Below are positions 27,159-36,881 of a stretch of DNA of 64,000 bases, piece by piece. A program made the translations under genes and the position numbers. The notes beneath the pieces are model-generated. The model saw only the letters and a list, made by a program, of their open reading frames with translations, had not been told where the DNA came from and ran no database searches. How positions within the stretch are numbered: position 1 is the first letter of the stretch; each line of letters begins with the position of its first letter. The stretch comes from Terracidiphilus sp. (GTDB lineage: Bacteria; Acidobacteriota; Terriglobia; Terriglobales; Acidobacteriaceae), in the NCBI GenBank assembly GCA_036489415.1, contig DASXFS010000014.1, positions 52,936 to 116,935 on the forward strand. Reading direction: 5' to 3'.

Positions 27159-29444
27159 ATGCCTTCGGCAACCCACACGTTCTCAGCTCGCCTCATCGCC
27201 CTCTGTGCGCTCCTGCTCTGCATCGCATCGCCAGTCACATCCGCCGCGAAGCAGGCGGTAGGGAAGGCGCTCGCCCAGGAAAAACCAATCCCCGTTGGCC
27301 TTGACGCCTACCGCGAATGGGCGCAGTGGGACCGCCAGCGCATCGGCATGCGCGCGTACATGCGCAGCACCTATGACCGCCGCGGCGGCAATGAGGGCGC
27401 CGACGCTTCGCACTTTCTCTATCAGCTTTCTGACACGTCGAACGTCACGCTCGACCTTGAGGGCGCGGGCATTCTCATGTTTGCCCGCTACAACCACTGG
27501 CACGGCAGCCCCTGGCATTACACGGTCGACGGCAACGACTATACCGTCCAGGAAACCAGCACGGCCGACCCCAATCATCCAGCGCCCAACTCCGTCTTTC
27601 TCCCCGCCCATGCGTTCCCCGCCGCGCTCAACCTCACCTGGGCCCAGACCAATGGCGCGGACTTAAGCTGGACGCCCATCCCTTTCGAGCGCAGCTTCCG
27701 CATGGCTTACACGCGCACACACTACGGCACCGGCTATTACATCTATGACCAGTTCGTGCCCGGCACGCCGCTGTCCACGCCCATCCAAAGCTGGAATGAA
27801 ACCGCCGCTCCCGACCCGATCAAGACCCGAGCCGTGGCTGATCTGCTCGCCAAGTCAGGCACTGACATTGCCCCCACCGCCAGCGCCCACTCCGCAAGCG
27901 GCGCCCTCAACCTGCCCGCAAACGGCGTCGCCTCCATAGTCAGCCTCAAGGGCCGGCAGACCATCCGCGCGCTCACCTTCTCCATTCCCGCTGAGAGCGC
28001 CGCGGCCTTTGAGCATGCCCATCTCCGCATCACCTGGGATGGAAAAGCACAGCCCTCGGTCGACGCGCCCATCGCTCTCTTCTTCGGCGCCGGCACGCTC
28101 TACAATCGCGACAACCGCGAGTACCTGGTCAAAGCCTTCCCTGTAAGCATTCGCTTCACCGGCGGCCGCATCCAGCTCGCCTGTTACTTCCCCATGCCGT
28201 TCTTTCAATCCGCGCGCATTGAGCTCGCCGGTGCAGGCCAATCGGTTCAATCAATCAATTGGTCCGTCCGCACCCTGCCGCTCCGCGAGCCAAAAAGCCA
28301 GCTTGCCTACTTCCACGCCACGTACCGCGACTTCCCAACCCCCACGCCCGGCGAAGACTTGGTGCTCCTGGACTCGCGCGGCGTCGAAGGTTCGCAGGCC
28401 TGGTCAGGCAGCTTCGTCGGAACCTCGTTCATCTTCTCCCACAATGGCAATCTTGAAACCCTCGAAGGCGATCCGCGCTTCTTTTTTGACGACAGTCTCA
28501 CGCCGCAGGCGCAGGGAACCGGCACTGAAGAGTGGGGCGGCGGCGGCGACTACTGGGGCGGCCTCAACATGAGCCTGCCCTTCGTCGGCCATCCCACCGG
28601 CGCCCGCTCCGCAAAGGGTGCCGTCAATGAAGCGGACAAGATCGAGTCCGCCTACCGCTTTTTGCTCGGCGACCTCATGCCTTTCGGCTCGAACGCCGTT
28701 ATTCACCTTGAGCACGGTGGCACTAACGAGTCCACCGAGCACTACGAGACCATTGCTTACTGGTATGGGCTACCCTCGCCGTCCCTGGTTGAAACCGACC
28801 GCCTGCAGATTGGCAATGCGGCAGACGAGCAGGCCCACGACTACTCTTCGCCTCAGGCCACTGAGCCCTACAAAATCTCCTCGCGTTATGAGTGGGGCGT
28901 CGACTCAATCAACGGCAAACAGGTCTTCCCCGAAACCGAAGACCAGGGCCGCACGACGAAGGGCACTTCGGAATTCCGCATGAGCCTGCGCCCGGACAAC
29001 CTCGGCGTGCTACTGCGCCGCAAGCTCGATTACTCCTTCGCCGACCAGCGTGCCGAGGTCTACATCGCCGGCCCCTCGCGCTCAACCTGGAAGCTCGCCG
29101 GCATCTGGTACCTGGCCGGCTCCAACACCTGTGTCTATTCCGACCCCAAAGACGAGCTGGGCCCCGCCGAGCACAAGGTCGAGACCTCGAACCGGCGATT
29201 CCGCGATGACGAGTTTCTCATTGCCCGGAATCTCACCCACGGCAGAAAAGCCATCTGGATCCGCATCAAATACACGCCCATCAACCGGCCGCTTTTCCCG
29301 GGCTCGCCCGTCGGCGAACGCGCCTGGAGCGAGATCCGTTACACCGCGTACAGCTTCATCACTCCGCGGGCTTCCGCGCCGCCCCACTCGCCAGCCCCGC
29401 TTCCACCTTCTCCGGCCAGCCCGGCAGCCGCTGATCGCCCGTAA
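27159..29444 (+). CDS. DUF2961 / GH172-family secreted glycoside hydrolase
   Basis: AGGAG RBS and TATAAT upstream; signal peptide; LRITWDG, FPMPF, YFHA, LEGD, GTGTEEW, EHG motifs. Confidence 0.75.
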   Translation: MPSATHTFSARLIALCALLLCIASPVTSAAKQAVGKALAQEKPIPVGLDAYREWAQWDRQRIGMRAYMRSTYDRRGGNEGADASHFLYQLSDTSNVTLDLEGAGILMFARYNHWHGSPWHYTVDGNDYTVQETSTADPNHPAPNSVFLPAHAFPAALNLTWAQTNGADLSWTPIPFERSFRMAYTRTHYGTGYYIYDQFVPGTPLSTPIQSWNETAAPDPIKTRAVADLLAKSGTDIAPTASAHSASGALNLPANGVASIVSLKGRQTIRALTFSIPAESAAAFEHAHLRITWDGKAQPSVDAPIALFFGAGTLYNRDNREYLVKAFPVSIRFTGGRIQLACYFPMPFFQSARIELAGAGQSVQSINWSVRTLPLREPKSQLAYFHATYRDFPTPTPGEDLVLLDSRGVEGSQAWSGSFVGTSFIFSHNGNLETLEGDPRFFFDDSLTPQAQGTGTEEWGGGGDYWGGLNMSLPFVGHPTGARSAKGAVNEADKIESAYRFLLGDLMPFGSNAVIHLEHGGTNESTEHYETIAYWYGLPSPSLVETDRLQIGNAADEQAHDYSSPQATEPYKISSRYEWGVDSINGKQVFPETEDQGRTTKGTSEFRMSLRPDNLGVLLRRKLDYSFADQRAEVYIAGPSRSTWKLAGIWYLAGSNTCVYSDPKDELGPAEHKVETSNRRFRDDEFLIARNLTHGRKAIWIRIKYTPINRPLFPGSPVGERAWSEIRYTAYSFITPRASAPPHSPAPLPPSPASPAAADRP

Positions 29445-30729
29445 TCAGCCTTGCCCCGCGCGTAAAGGTAAAGTAAGTCCAGATCCATGCCGCAAACACC
29501 GAAATCCGATTCCGAAACCCGATCAGAAAAAAGATATGCACTGTCAGCCACGTCACCCATGCCGGCAACCCGCTCATGTGCGCCTTGAAGGGCCATTTCA
29601 CATCGGCCACGGCGTCCATGCGCCCAATGGTCGCCAAGTCACCCTTGTCGAAATAGTGAAACGCCGGCCGCGGGCGGCCTTTCAGGTCTGCGGCAATCAT
29701 CTCCGCCACGTGATCGCCCATTTGCATTGCCGGCTGGGCCACGCCCGGAACCTGCTTTCCATTCTGCTCAAAATGCGCCAGGTCTCCGAGCACAAAAATC
29801 TGCGGCAGCCCTGGAGGATTCAGCGTCGCATCCACCTCCACGCACCCGCGCTTGTCCAACTCTACGCCCGGCACTGCCGCAAGCAGCTTGCCCATCGGCG
29901 AGGCCTGCACGCCCGCCGCCCACAGCGTCACCACCGCCTCAATCCGCTTTCCGTTAGCCTCAACCCATCCCGGCCCAACTCCAGTCACCTGGGCCTCTGT
30001 TTCCACTTCCACGCCCAGTCTTTTCAGAGCCGCCTTGGCCTTTGCCGATAAATCCGGCGGATACGCCGCCAGGATGCGCTTGCCGCCATCCAGCAGCAGC
30101 ACCCGGCTCTTGCGCGGATCGATGTGCCGGAAATCCCGCTTCATGTAAAGCTGCGCAATATCGCTGATCGCCCCGGCCAGCTCCACGCCCGTCGGCCCGC
30201 CGCCAATCACGACAAAATTGAGTGGCGGATGCCACCCATGCTCCACCATCTGCCGCTCCGCCAGCTCAAACGCCAGCAGCACCCGGCGGCGAATCTCCAG
30301 CGCGTCTTCAATGGTCTTGAGCCCCGGCGCCTGTGCCGCCCACTCCGGATGGGCAAAGTAAGAGTGGGTCGCGCCCGTGGCCAGCACCAGGTAATCCCAG
30401 CGAACGTGAGCGCCGGATCCCAGCGTGATCTGGTGGCCGGCCGCGTCGATCGCCTTCACCTCGTCCATGAAGACTTCCGTGTTGGTTTGCTTGCGGAGAA
30501 TCGTGCGAATGGGCTGGGCAATGTCTGCCGGAGACAAAACGGCGAGCGCAACCTGGTAGAGCAGAGGCTGGAAGGTATGATGGTTGCGCCGGTCAATGAC
30601 CGTCACGTCGACCGGCAGGCGAGCCAGCCCCGTGGCTGCGTGAATCCCTCCAAAACCGGCCCCCACAATTACCACGCGTGGACGTGTGGACGCTGGTTGT
30701 TTCAGAGGTTCGATCTTGTCGGCCGTCAT
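29359..30729 (-). CDS. ndh: Type II NADH dehydrogenase
   Basis: VVIVGAGFGG, FQPLLYQVA, APGLKT.EDA, GGGPTGVELAG, GVAQPAMQ.G, YFDKG.LATIG. Confidence 0.9.
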   Translation of the reverse strand: MTADKIEPLKQPASTRPRVVIVGAGFGGIHAATGLARLPVDVTVIDRRNHHTFQPLLYQVALAVLSPADIAQPIRTILRKQTNTEVFMDEVKAIDAAGHQITLGSGAHVRWDYLVLATGATHSYFAHPEWAAQAPGLKTIEDALEIRRRVLLAFELAERQMVEHGWHPPLNFVVIGGGPTGVELAGAISDIAQLYMKRDFRHIDPRKSRVLLLDGGKRILAAYPPDLSAKAKAALKRLGVEVETEAQVTGVGPGWVEANGKRIEAVVTLWAAGVQASPMGKLLAAVPGVELDKRGCVEVDATLNPPGLPQIFVLGDLAHFEQNGKQVPGVAQPAMQMGDHVAEMIAADLKGRPRPAFHYFDKGDLATIGRMDAVADVKWPFKAHMSGLPAWVTWLTVHIFFLIGFRNRISVFAAWIWTYFTFTRGARLITGDQRLPGWPEKVEAGLASGAARKPAE

Positions 30730-30894
30730 TTACGCCTCCCTCTCGCTTATGGGATGCGAAAAGGAGCCGGTAAGTGACAGGAAGATGGAACGCGCGACCG
30801 CCGAGCCTCAGGATATTGGGCTCTGGATACCGGATATGGAGAAGTGGCTATGGGCACACTTCCGCAAGTATGGACACTCCGACCCGAGGGCCGT

Positions 30895-32826
30895 TCAGCC
30901 TTTCACAAGCTCGATTTGCATCAAGTGCGGCCGCAATTCCGGAGGTGCGCCGGCCAGATAGTCGATGCGTTTGTCCATTTCCTCGCCGCCAGGCACAGTC
31001 TCCGCCGTTCCAATTGGCACCGGTTTGTAAGGCAGAAAGACGCGGAAGCTGGAGCCGCGGGCCGGGTTGCGCTCTGCCCAGATGCGGCCTGAGTGCTGGT
31101 GGACGATGGTGCGGCAAATGGCCAGGCCAAGGCCGGTTCCGCCCTTCTGTCGCGCGTCCGAGGCGTCCACCTGCTGGAAGCGGCCGAAGATGGTCTCCAG
31201 CTTGTCGGCGGGAATGCCGCGTCCGGGATCAACCACGGAGAGCGTCACGCCGTTGCGATCGGGGCGCATAAGGATCGAGACGGTCGAATCGCGAGGAGAA
31301 AACTTGACGGCGTTCGAGAGCAGGTTGGTGATCACCTGGACCAGCCGGTCGGCGTCACCCGCGATCTCTACCTGGGTGGTGTCTTGGATCAGGCGCACGC
31401 CGGCAGCATCGGCCACAGGCTCCATGCAATCGATGGCCTGACGGACGACCTGTCCCAATTGCAGCTTGCGAAACACGAGGCGCTCGCGCCCGCTCTGCAG
31501 GCGTTCCAGATCGAGGATGTCGTTGATAAGCCGCAGCAGCCGTTCGGAGTTGGAGTGGGCAATGCGGAGCAGGTTGGCGGCCTTGTCATTCAGTTCCACC
31601 AGCGTGCCATGCGAGAGCAGGCCAAGCGCGCCGCGGATAGCGGTGAGCGGGGTCCGCAGCTCGTGGCTGACCGTGGAAACGAACTCATCCTTGAGCCGGT
31701 CCAGAGCGTAGCGTTGGCTGATGTCGCGGAAACTAAGCACGGAGCCGGAAAGGCGGCCGTGGTCGAGAATGGGGGTCAATGCGTAATCTACCCGGAAGGG
31801 GCTGCCGTCGATGCGGAACACGGTATCTTCGCCTGAGGTGGCCATCAACTGCAGGCGTCCGGTGGCGCGCAGCAAGTCGCAATCCTCGCCGCATTCACTC
31901 CCGGCTCCCGCCGAACCGTGCAGCAACTCATGCACCGGTCTGCCGGCCAGGCTGGCTGCCGCCGCGCCCAGCATGCCCGCTGCCGCCGGGTTGGCGAAAC
32001 TGACCAGACCATTGCGATCCAGGCCGCAGATGCCGTCAGCCACCGAGTTCAGCAGGATCTCCTGCTGGCGATAGAGTTTCTCCGCCCAGCCGCGTTCGTG
32101 GCTGCGGGCCAGCATCTGTCCCAGGGACGCGGCCACCGTCTCCACGGCCGCCATGGTTTCCCGATTTTCGCGAAGGCAGAAATGACAATAGAATTCGAGA
32201 ACCGCCAGCACCCTGTTGCCTACGCGCACGGGAACCGCGCAGCCGGAAACCATTCCGCGCCGCTGGGCCGACTGGGTGTGCGGATGCTGAGGGTCAGACG
32301 CCAGGTCAGGAATCCAGATCGGTCGGCCATCCTGCCAGGCCCGTCCAGGAATCCCGCCTCCGGGCAGCAGCGAAACGCCCATGCTCTCTTTGATCAGGGT
32401 TTCGGTGCGCCGGCCCGGAGCATTCCAGCCGGAGCAGAACTCCAGCCGATTCTCCTCGGCATTGACTTCCCACTTCAAAGCCACGTCCCAACCCTGGGAG
32501 ACGCAGAGCGCCTCCAGAATGCGCATGGCCGCGACCTCGGGCGAAGTATTTTCGCCCACGATTTCACTCACCACACGCTGCAAGGCTACGCGGCGCTCGC
32601 GCTGCACCAGCAGTCGTAAAACCAGCACCGCTGCGGCCGCCCCGCCGGCAAAAATCAAGACTCCGTTGTAGCGAGAGTTAATGGTCAGGTTGTGCGTCAG
32701 CAGTCCTAGCACCAGGGCCAGAGCCAAACCTGCCAGCACGGGAGAAAGGAAAGAAAAACCACGCTGGACGATATCCGCGTGCTGCTCGTTGCCGATTGTC
32801 TTGACCCCGCTGGACAGGTCTGCCAT
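30895..32826 (-). CDS. Membrane sensor histidine kinase (2 TM, GAF, PAS, HisKA, HATPase)
   Basis: EFVSTVSHELRTPLT, NLLSNAVKFS, GGTGLGLAIC; GAF GIPGRAW; PAS FANPAA. Confidence 0.92.
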   Translation of the reverse strand: MADLSSGVKTIGNEQHADIVQRGFSFLSPVLAGLALALVLGLLTHNLTINSRYNGVLIFAGGAAAAVLVLRLLVQRERRVALQRVVSEIVGENTSPEVAAMRILEALCVSQGWDVALKWEVNAEENRLEFCSGWNAPGRRTETLIKESMGVSLLPGGGIPGRAWQDGRPIWIPDLASDPQHPHTQSAQRRGMVSGCAVPVRVGNRVLAVLEFYCHFCLRENRETMAAVETVAASLGQMLARSHERGWAEKLYRQQEILLNSVADGICGLDRNGLVSFANPAAAGMLGAAAASLAGRPVHELLHGSAGAGSECGEDCDLLRATGRLQLMATSGEDTVFRIDGSPFRVDYALTPILDHGRLSGSVLSFRDISQRYALDRLKDEFVSTVSHELRTPLTAIRGALGLLSHGTLVELNDKAANLLRIAHSNSERLLRLINDILDLERLQSGRERLVFRKLQLGQVVRQAIDCMEPVADAAGVRLIQDTTQVEIAGDADRLVQVITNLLSNAVKFSPRDSTVSILMRPDRNGVTLSVVDPGRGIPADKLETIFGRFQQVDASDARQKGGTGLGLAICRTIVHQHSGRIWAERNPARGSSFRVFLPYKPVPIGTAETVPGGEEMDKRIDYLAGAPPELRPHLMQIELVKG

Positions 32827-33124
32827 TGCTCCCCCAAAACTCGGCAGGAACTTTCGCTCTGCCTCCCGCCTACGGCTACTACGGCCCGATCATCCATTGG
32901 CCATGATGATAGACAGGATTCCAACCATGTGATGCAACTAAAGGGCCATTCTAGGTCAAGTCACTCAGCTTTGTTTCTCAATCAGTTGCAGACGAGCCGT
33001 GCTGCGAACTGTGAACAGTTGTATACACTTCGCCGTGTCCGATTACAGGTCACATCACAGGTCAACTCACGGACTGCCGGACTGGAAAATGGGCTAAGGA
33101 AAGAGGTTCGCCTGTTGAAAACGG

Positions 33125-33243
33125 CTATAGCATTTTCGGAATTGCTGGAGACCGAAGGCACGCATTCAAGTGGCTTTTTCCTCAAGAAAAAGCCACCTTT
33201 CACGGTTCTCAAAAAGTCTACGTGTATTCCGGAAATGCTCTAG
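33125..33243. mobile_element. MITE-like element (119 bp), third TIR family
   Basis: CTATAGCATTTTCGGAAT vs (reverse complement) CTAGAGCATTTCCGGAAT (16/18); internal hairpin GTGGCTTTTTC-CTCAA-GAAAAAGCCAC. Confidence 0.65.
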
Positions 33244-33290
33244 ATGGACTCCCCAGGAAATTTCCCACAGGTAAATTCGCCGACTCTGTT

Positions 33291-36173
33291 TCAAGGCTGC
33301 TGCTCGATGGCGATGCTGACCGTCGCCGTATTCCCCGAAGCCGCCAGCCCAACCAGGTCCGTAGGCACGCCGGGTATCGTTGCCGGCGTAAACGTCACCG
33401 TGCCGTCGAGCGCGGAGGTGGCCGTCGCCGTCTGCGTGGCCAGCAGATTCGAGGGCAGGCAAACGCTATGCGCGCCGCAGGCCGGAGCCCACGCGTAGAG
33501 GTCCTGATAGAGAGAGACGGTCCCCGCAGCCATGGGATTGCCGTCCATATCGAGTAACCGGAGGATGATCGGCGCGGGCGTTCCCTCGACCGAGAGACTC
33601 TGCGTCGTCCCCGAGACGGCTTCCAGCGTGGCATATTCCGGCCGCGCGCCGATCGCTGAGAAAGTCACGCATTGGTTGGTGCCGTTGAGGCAGGCGTTGA
33701 CCGTAGCCAATTGACCCTCCGCCAGTGGACCCACCGTCAGCGTCTGCATGGCGATGCCGGAGGAGTCGGTAAGGACGGTTGCACTGCCCTGAGGGTTGAT
33801 ACCGCTGGCGGTGGTTTGCCACGCGACCGATTGTCCAACCGCAGGCGTGCCATTGGATAGCACTATCGTCTCCACCGGCCAGGAGATGGTGGTGCCCGCG
33901 GCAACGGATTGAAGCGTCGTCAGCGCGGCTAGCGTCGGCGGCGTTCCGCCGGCAAACTGCGCCTGGAGGTTGGAGCCATTGGTGAGCGAAGCGGTCACAA
34001 TCGACCATGTGCCATCCACCGCCGTCACATTCATCGTCGCGCGTCCGTCGCCGGTTGCGTTGACAGAGCAGATCGGCTTGCCGCAGGCCAAAGTGGCCGT
34101 GCCGCTGGCCACGGTGTAAATCACGGTAACACCGCCCGCAGGGGTCAGATCGGAACCCAACGCGGTCACAGTGAAGGGAATCGGCACGCCGGTAGGCACC
34201 GTGTTCATGGGCGCGGTTACCAGCGTCAGAGCATCGCCCGATCCGGAATCATAGCTCACGCCGCCGGAAATAATTGCCGCGGCATAAAACGCAGGCAGGT
34301 CGTCCACTTCCACATCCACTGAGCCGGTCACGCCGGTAGCTGCAGCCGGCGCAATCGCGTCGATCTCGTTCGGCGAAACGCTCGTCACCAGCGCCGCCTG
34401 CCCGCCCACCAGCACCGTATCCGCAAGCCGGAAGCCCATGCCATGGATCACAATGGGTCCTCCGCTTGCCGCAAGCCGCTCAGGCTCAATCGCGTCCGCG
34501 TAGAGCACCCAGCCGTTATACGGGTAGTCTGGCCGGCCGTCTCCGCGCTGGTCGGCAATGCCGATGCGCACCAGATCGTCGGCATTCGAGCTCACGCGCA
34601 GCGAGGTTTCTCCCGTGGCTAGGCCATTCATGCCGGGAGCCGCGCCCACCGGCGTCGCGCCCACGGCGTCCGAGGCGTCCCACACGCCGATCGAAGGCAT
34701 GGCCTTGGCTTCTGTGGGTGCGCCGGTCTCATCCAGCGCTTGGGTCACCACGGTGAAGGTGCGGCCGCCGCGCACCGGAAAGCTGAACCAGTCGTTCTGA
34801 CCCACCTGGCTGATGCGCCCGGTCCATATACCGGTGACAGGCATCATGCGCGGCGAGGCCTGGGTTCCAATAGCGTCCTGATAGCCGCCCACGGCAGAGT
34901 CGTCCACGTTGACCGTCAGAGTCTTCAAACCGCCAGCACCAAGCCCCGGTACCGAAATCGGAGCCAGCGTGCCGGAAGGCGTAACCTGCCCATCCAGATA
35001 AGGGCCGACCGATTCCGTAAGGATATAAAGCGGATTGATCGCTTCAAAAGTCACCTGGTAGTTGGCCGTGGTCACACCCGGTGGCAGCGGCATATCGCTC
35101 AAGTCAAAAAAACCCTGCTGTGCCGCATCGTTCGAGCCCCACATGGTCAGCAGGTTGCCGTTCGCATCCGTCCAGCCCATCACCGGATTTCCGTGGTTGC
35201 CATTGAAGTAACCGCCCGAAACAAACGAGACCGTGTACTGGTAGAGCGGGTTGCCGTTCGCATCCAGCGGCCGCGCAACCACGTTCACGCCCTGCATGCC
35301 CATGCCGGTGCGGAAGCTGATCGTCCCCTGGATCGAGGCCGTATTCGCTGCCGTAAGCTCTTTCCCGGAAAAGCTGGACATGTTCTCCGCAGTCACCGGA
35401 TAAATGCGATTCAGCGCGGCCATATCGTCGTAGCGCAGCGCCGTCGGATCGGGAATGCACGTCCCACCGCTCTCGCCGCAAACGCCGCTCAAGGGCTGCA
35501 TCACCGGCCAGCCCGCCGTGCCGCCGGGCAACTCATCGGTCAGCGCCGTCGGGTTCACCTGCGCATAATCCAGCCCCAGCACACGGCCAAACGCCCGCTC
35601 CAACTCATAGCTCATCATCTCCAGCATCGCCGGGTTGGTAGCGCACAGCCCGTTCAGCACAATAATTCCATGCGCCGCCGTGGCATCAGGATTGATGATA
35701 TCCAGCCACGTCCATACGCCGTTTAGCTGGCAACTCGTAGGCTGGCTGGCTCCTGTTCCAAACAGCGCGTCAATCACCGATCCATCGGCGTCATAGATCA
35801 CTCCCAGCGGATAACTGCGCGCTGTCGGAGTCACATCGGCAGGAGCCGTAATTACACCGTTGGTTACGGCGATGTTAGCCCCATTCACGTCCTCATTCAG
35901 CGAGCCCTGGTCAGTCAGCGTGACGGCCGCGGTGGGAACCGCCGACCAGAGAGCCGCCGCCGCATCCACCATCGCTGTAGCCTGCTGGTTCGTAACCGAA
36001 GCGTTCAGCTCTCCCTGATCGACGTAATAATTTACCTGCCCACCCAACCAATGCACCGGCTGCCCAAGCGTCGCCGGATTGAAGAAGCTCACCCCGGCCA
36101 CATATTTCGGACCGCCCGCGTGCGCAACGGCGGAAGCCAGAACCAAAGCTGCCGCAGGTACAAGCCGCGACAT
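33291..36173 (-). CDS. Large secreted IPT/TIG and Ig-like domain protein
   Basis: Signal peptide MSRLVPAAALVLASAVAHA; GGPIVIHGMGF...V.VGG IPT/TIG motif; Thr/Val/Gly-rich beta-sandwich repeats; start uncertain (ORF open to 36278). Confidence 0.75.
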   Translation of the reverse strand: MSRLVPAAALVLASAVAHAGGPKYVAGVSFFNPATLGQPVHWLGGQVNYYVDQGELNASVTNQQATAMVDAAAALWSAVPTAAVTLTDQGSLNEDVNGANIAVTNGVITAPADVTPTARSYPLGVIYDADGSVIDALFGTGASQPTSCQLNGVWTWLDIINPDATAAHGIIVLNGLCATNPAMLEMMSYELERAFGRVLGLDYAQVNPTALTDELPGGTAGWPVMQPLSGVCGESGGTCIPDPTALRYDDMAALNRIYPVTAENMSSFSGKELTAANTASIQGTISFRTGMGMQGVNVVARPLDANGNPLYQYTVSFVSGGYFNGNHGNPVMGWTDANGNLLTMWGSNDAAQQGFFDLSDMPLPPGVTTANYQVTFEAINPLYILTESVGPYLDGQVTPSGTLAPISVPGLGAGGLKTLTVNVDDSAVGGYQDAIGTQASPRMMPVTGIWTGRISQVGQNDWFSFPVRGGRTFTVVTQALDETGAPTEAKAMPSIGVWDASDAVGATPVGAAPGMNGLATGETSLRVSSNADDLVRIGIADQRGDGRPDYPYNGWVLYADAIEPERLAASGGPIVIHGMGFRLADTVLVGGQAALVTSVSPNEIDAIAPAAATGVTGSVDVEVDDLPAFYAAAIISGGVSYDSGSGDALTLVTAPMNTVPTGVPIPFTVTALGSDLTPAGGVTVIYTVASGTATLACGKPICSVNATGDGRATMNVTAVDGTWSIVTASLTNGSNLQAQFAGGTPPTLAALTTLQSVAAGTTISWPVETIVLSNGTPAVGQSVAWQTTASGINPQGSATVLTDSSGIAMQTLTVGPLAEGQLATVNACLNGTNQCVTFSAIGARPEYATLEAVSGTTQSLSVEGTPAPIILRLLDMDGNPMAAGTVSLYQDLYAWAPACGAHSVCLPSNLLATQTATATSALDGTVTFTPATIPGVPTDLVGLAASGNTATVSIAIEQQP

Positions 36174-36597
36174 GCAGGCCCATTTCAGCCAACGACGCGG
36201 TGTTCCCGCAATCCGCGCGTGCGGAGTCGAGCCCGATAGGCGAAGTGCTGGTCTAAGAAACGGCTCAAATGGATCCACACAGGTTTTATCGGGCTTGAAA
36301 CCAGGACGCTCGAAAGCGCTAAGTCATCGGAGATAGCCCGTAACCTAAGTAAATAGTTTTATCAAAGCACTATGGATTGCTTCAGGCCGCGACAACCTGT
36401 AAAAAAATGAAGCAGAGCTGCGCAGAATTCAGTCATAACGCTCAACTTCGCTACCAAAAAATGCAATCCAAAGCAGGCCAGACCGCGGCACAAGGTGAAG
36501 AAAAGCGCCAATTTTGTCTCACGCTCATGCGAAAGCATGCAACGAATTGTCGCGAAACGCGACGAACTCCAAAGTCATTCATCTCACGCGCGGCACT

Positions 36598-36816
36598 TCA
36601 AATCTCCGGGTAGAAATCGAAGAACGCATCCAAACTACGTTTGAGCTGCGTTTCAATCTCTTCCCGCGAACCTTCAATCGTGTGCATGGTCACGTGAGCC
36701 TGGTGGCCGTTGGCCAGCTTCAGGGTCGCATCCTGAATTTCAGCCACTTCGCCTTCAGGCAGCAGCCGGAGTCCGTAAACTAGAGTTAGATTGGCCATAC
36801 GCACCATCATAATCAT
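36598..36816 (-). CDS. Small hypothetical protein
   Basis: Protein-like composition (IEGSREEIETQLKRSLDAFFDFYPEI); several possible Met starts. Confidence 0.55.
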   Translation of the reverse strand: MIMMVRMANLTLVYGLRLLPEGEVAEIQDATLKLANGHQAHVTMHTIEGSREEIETQLKRSLDAFFDFYPEI

Positions 36817-36881
36817 TGGCCGTGCGAGTCATGGCAATCAAGGCCGCAACTTGCTTGAGCGGTCAGGGAAGGGAACACGCA

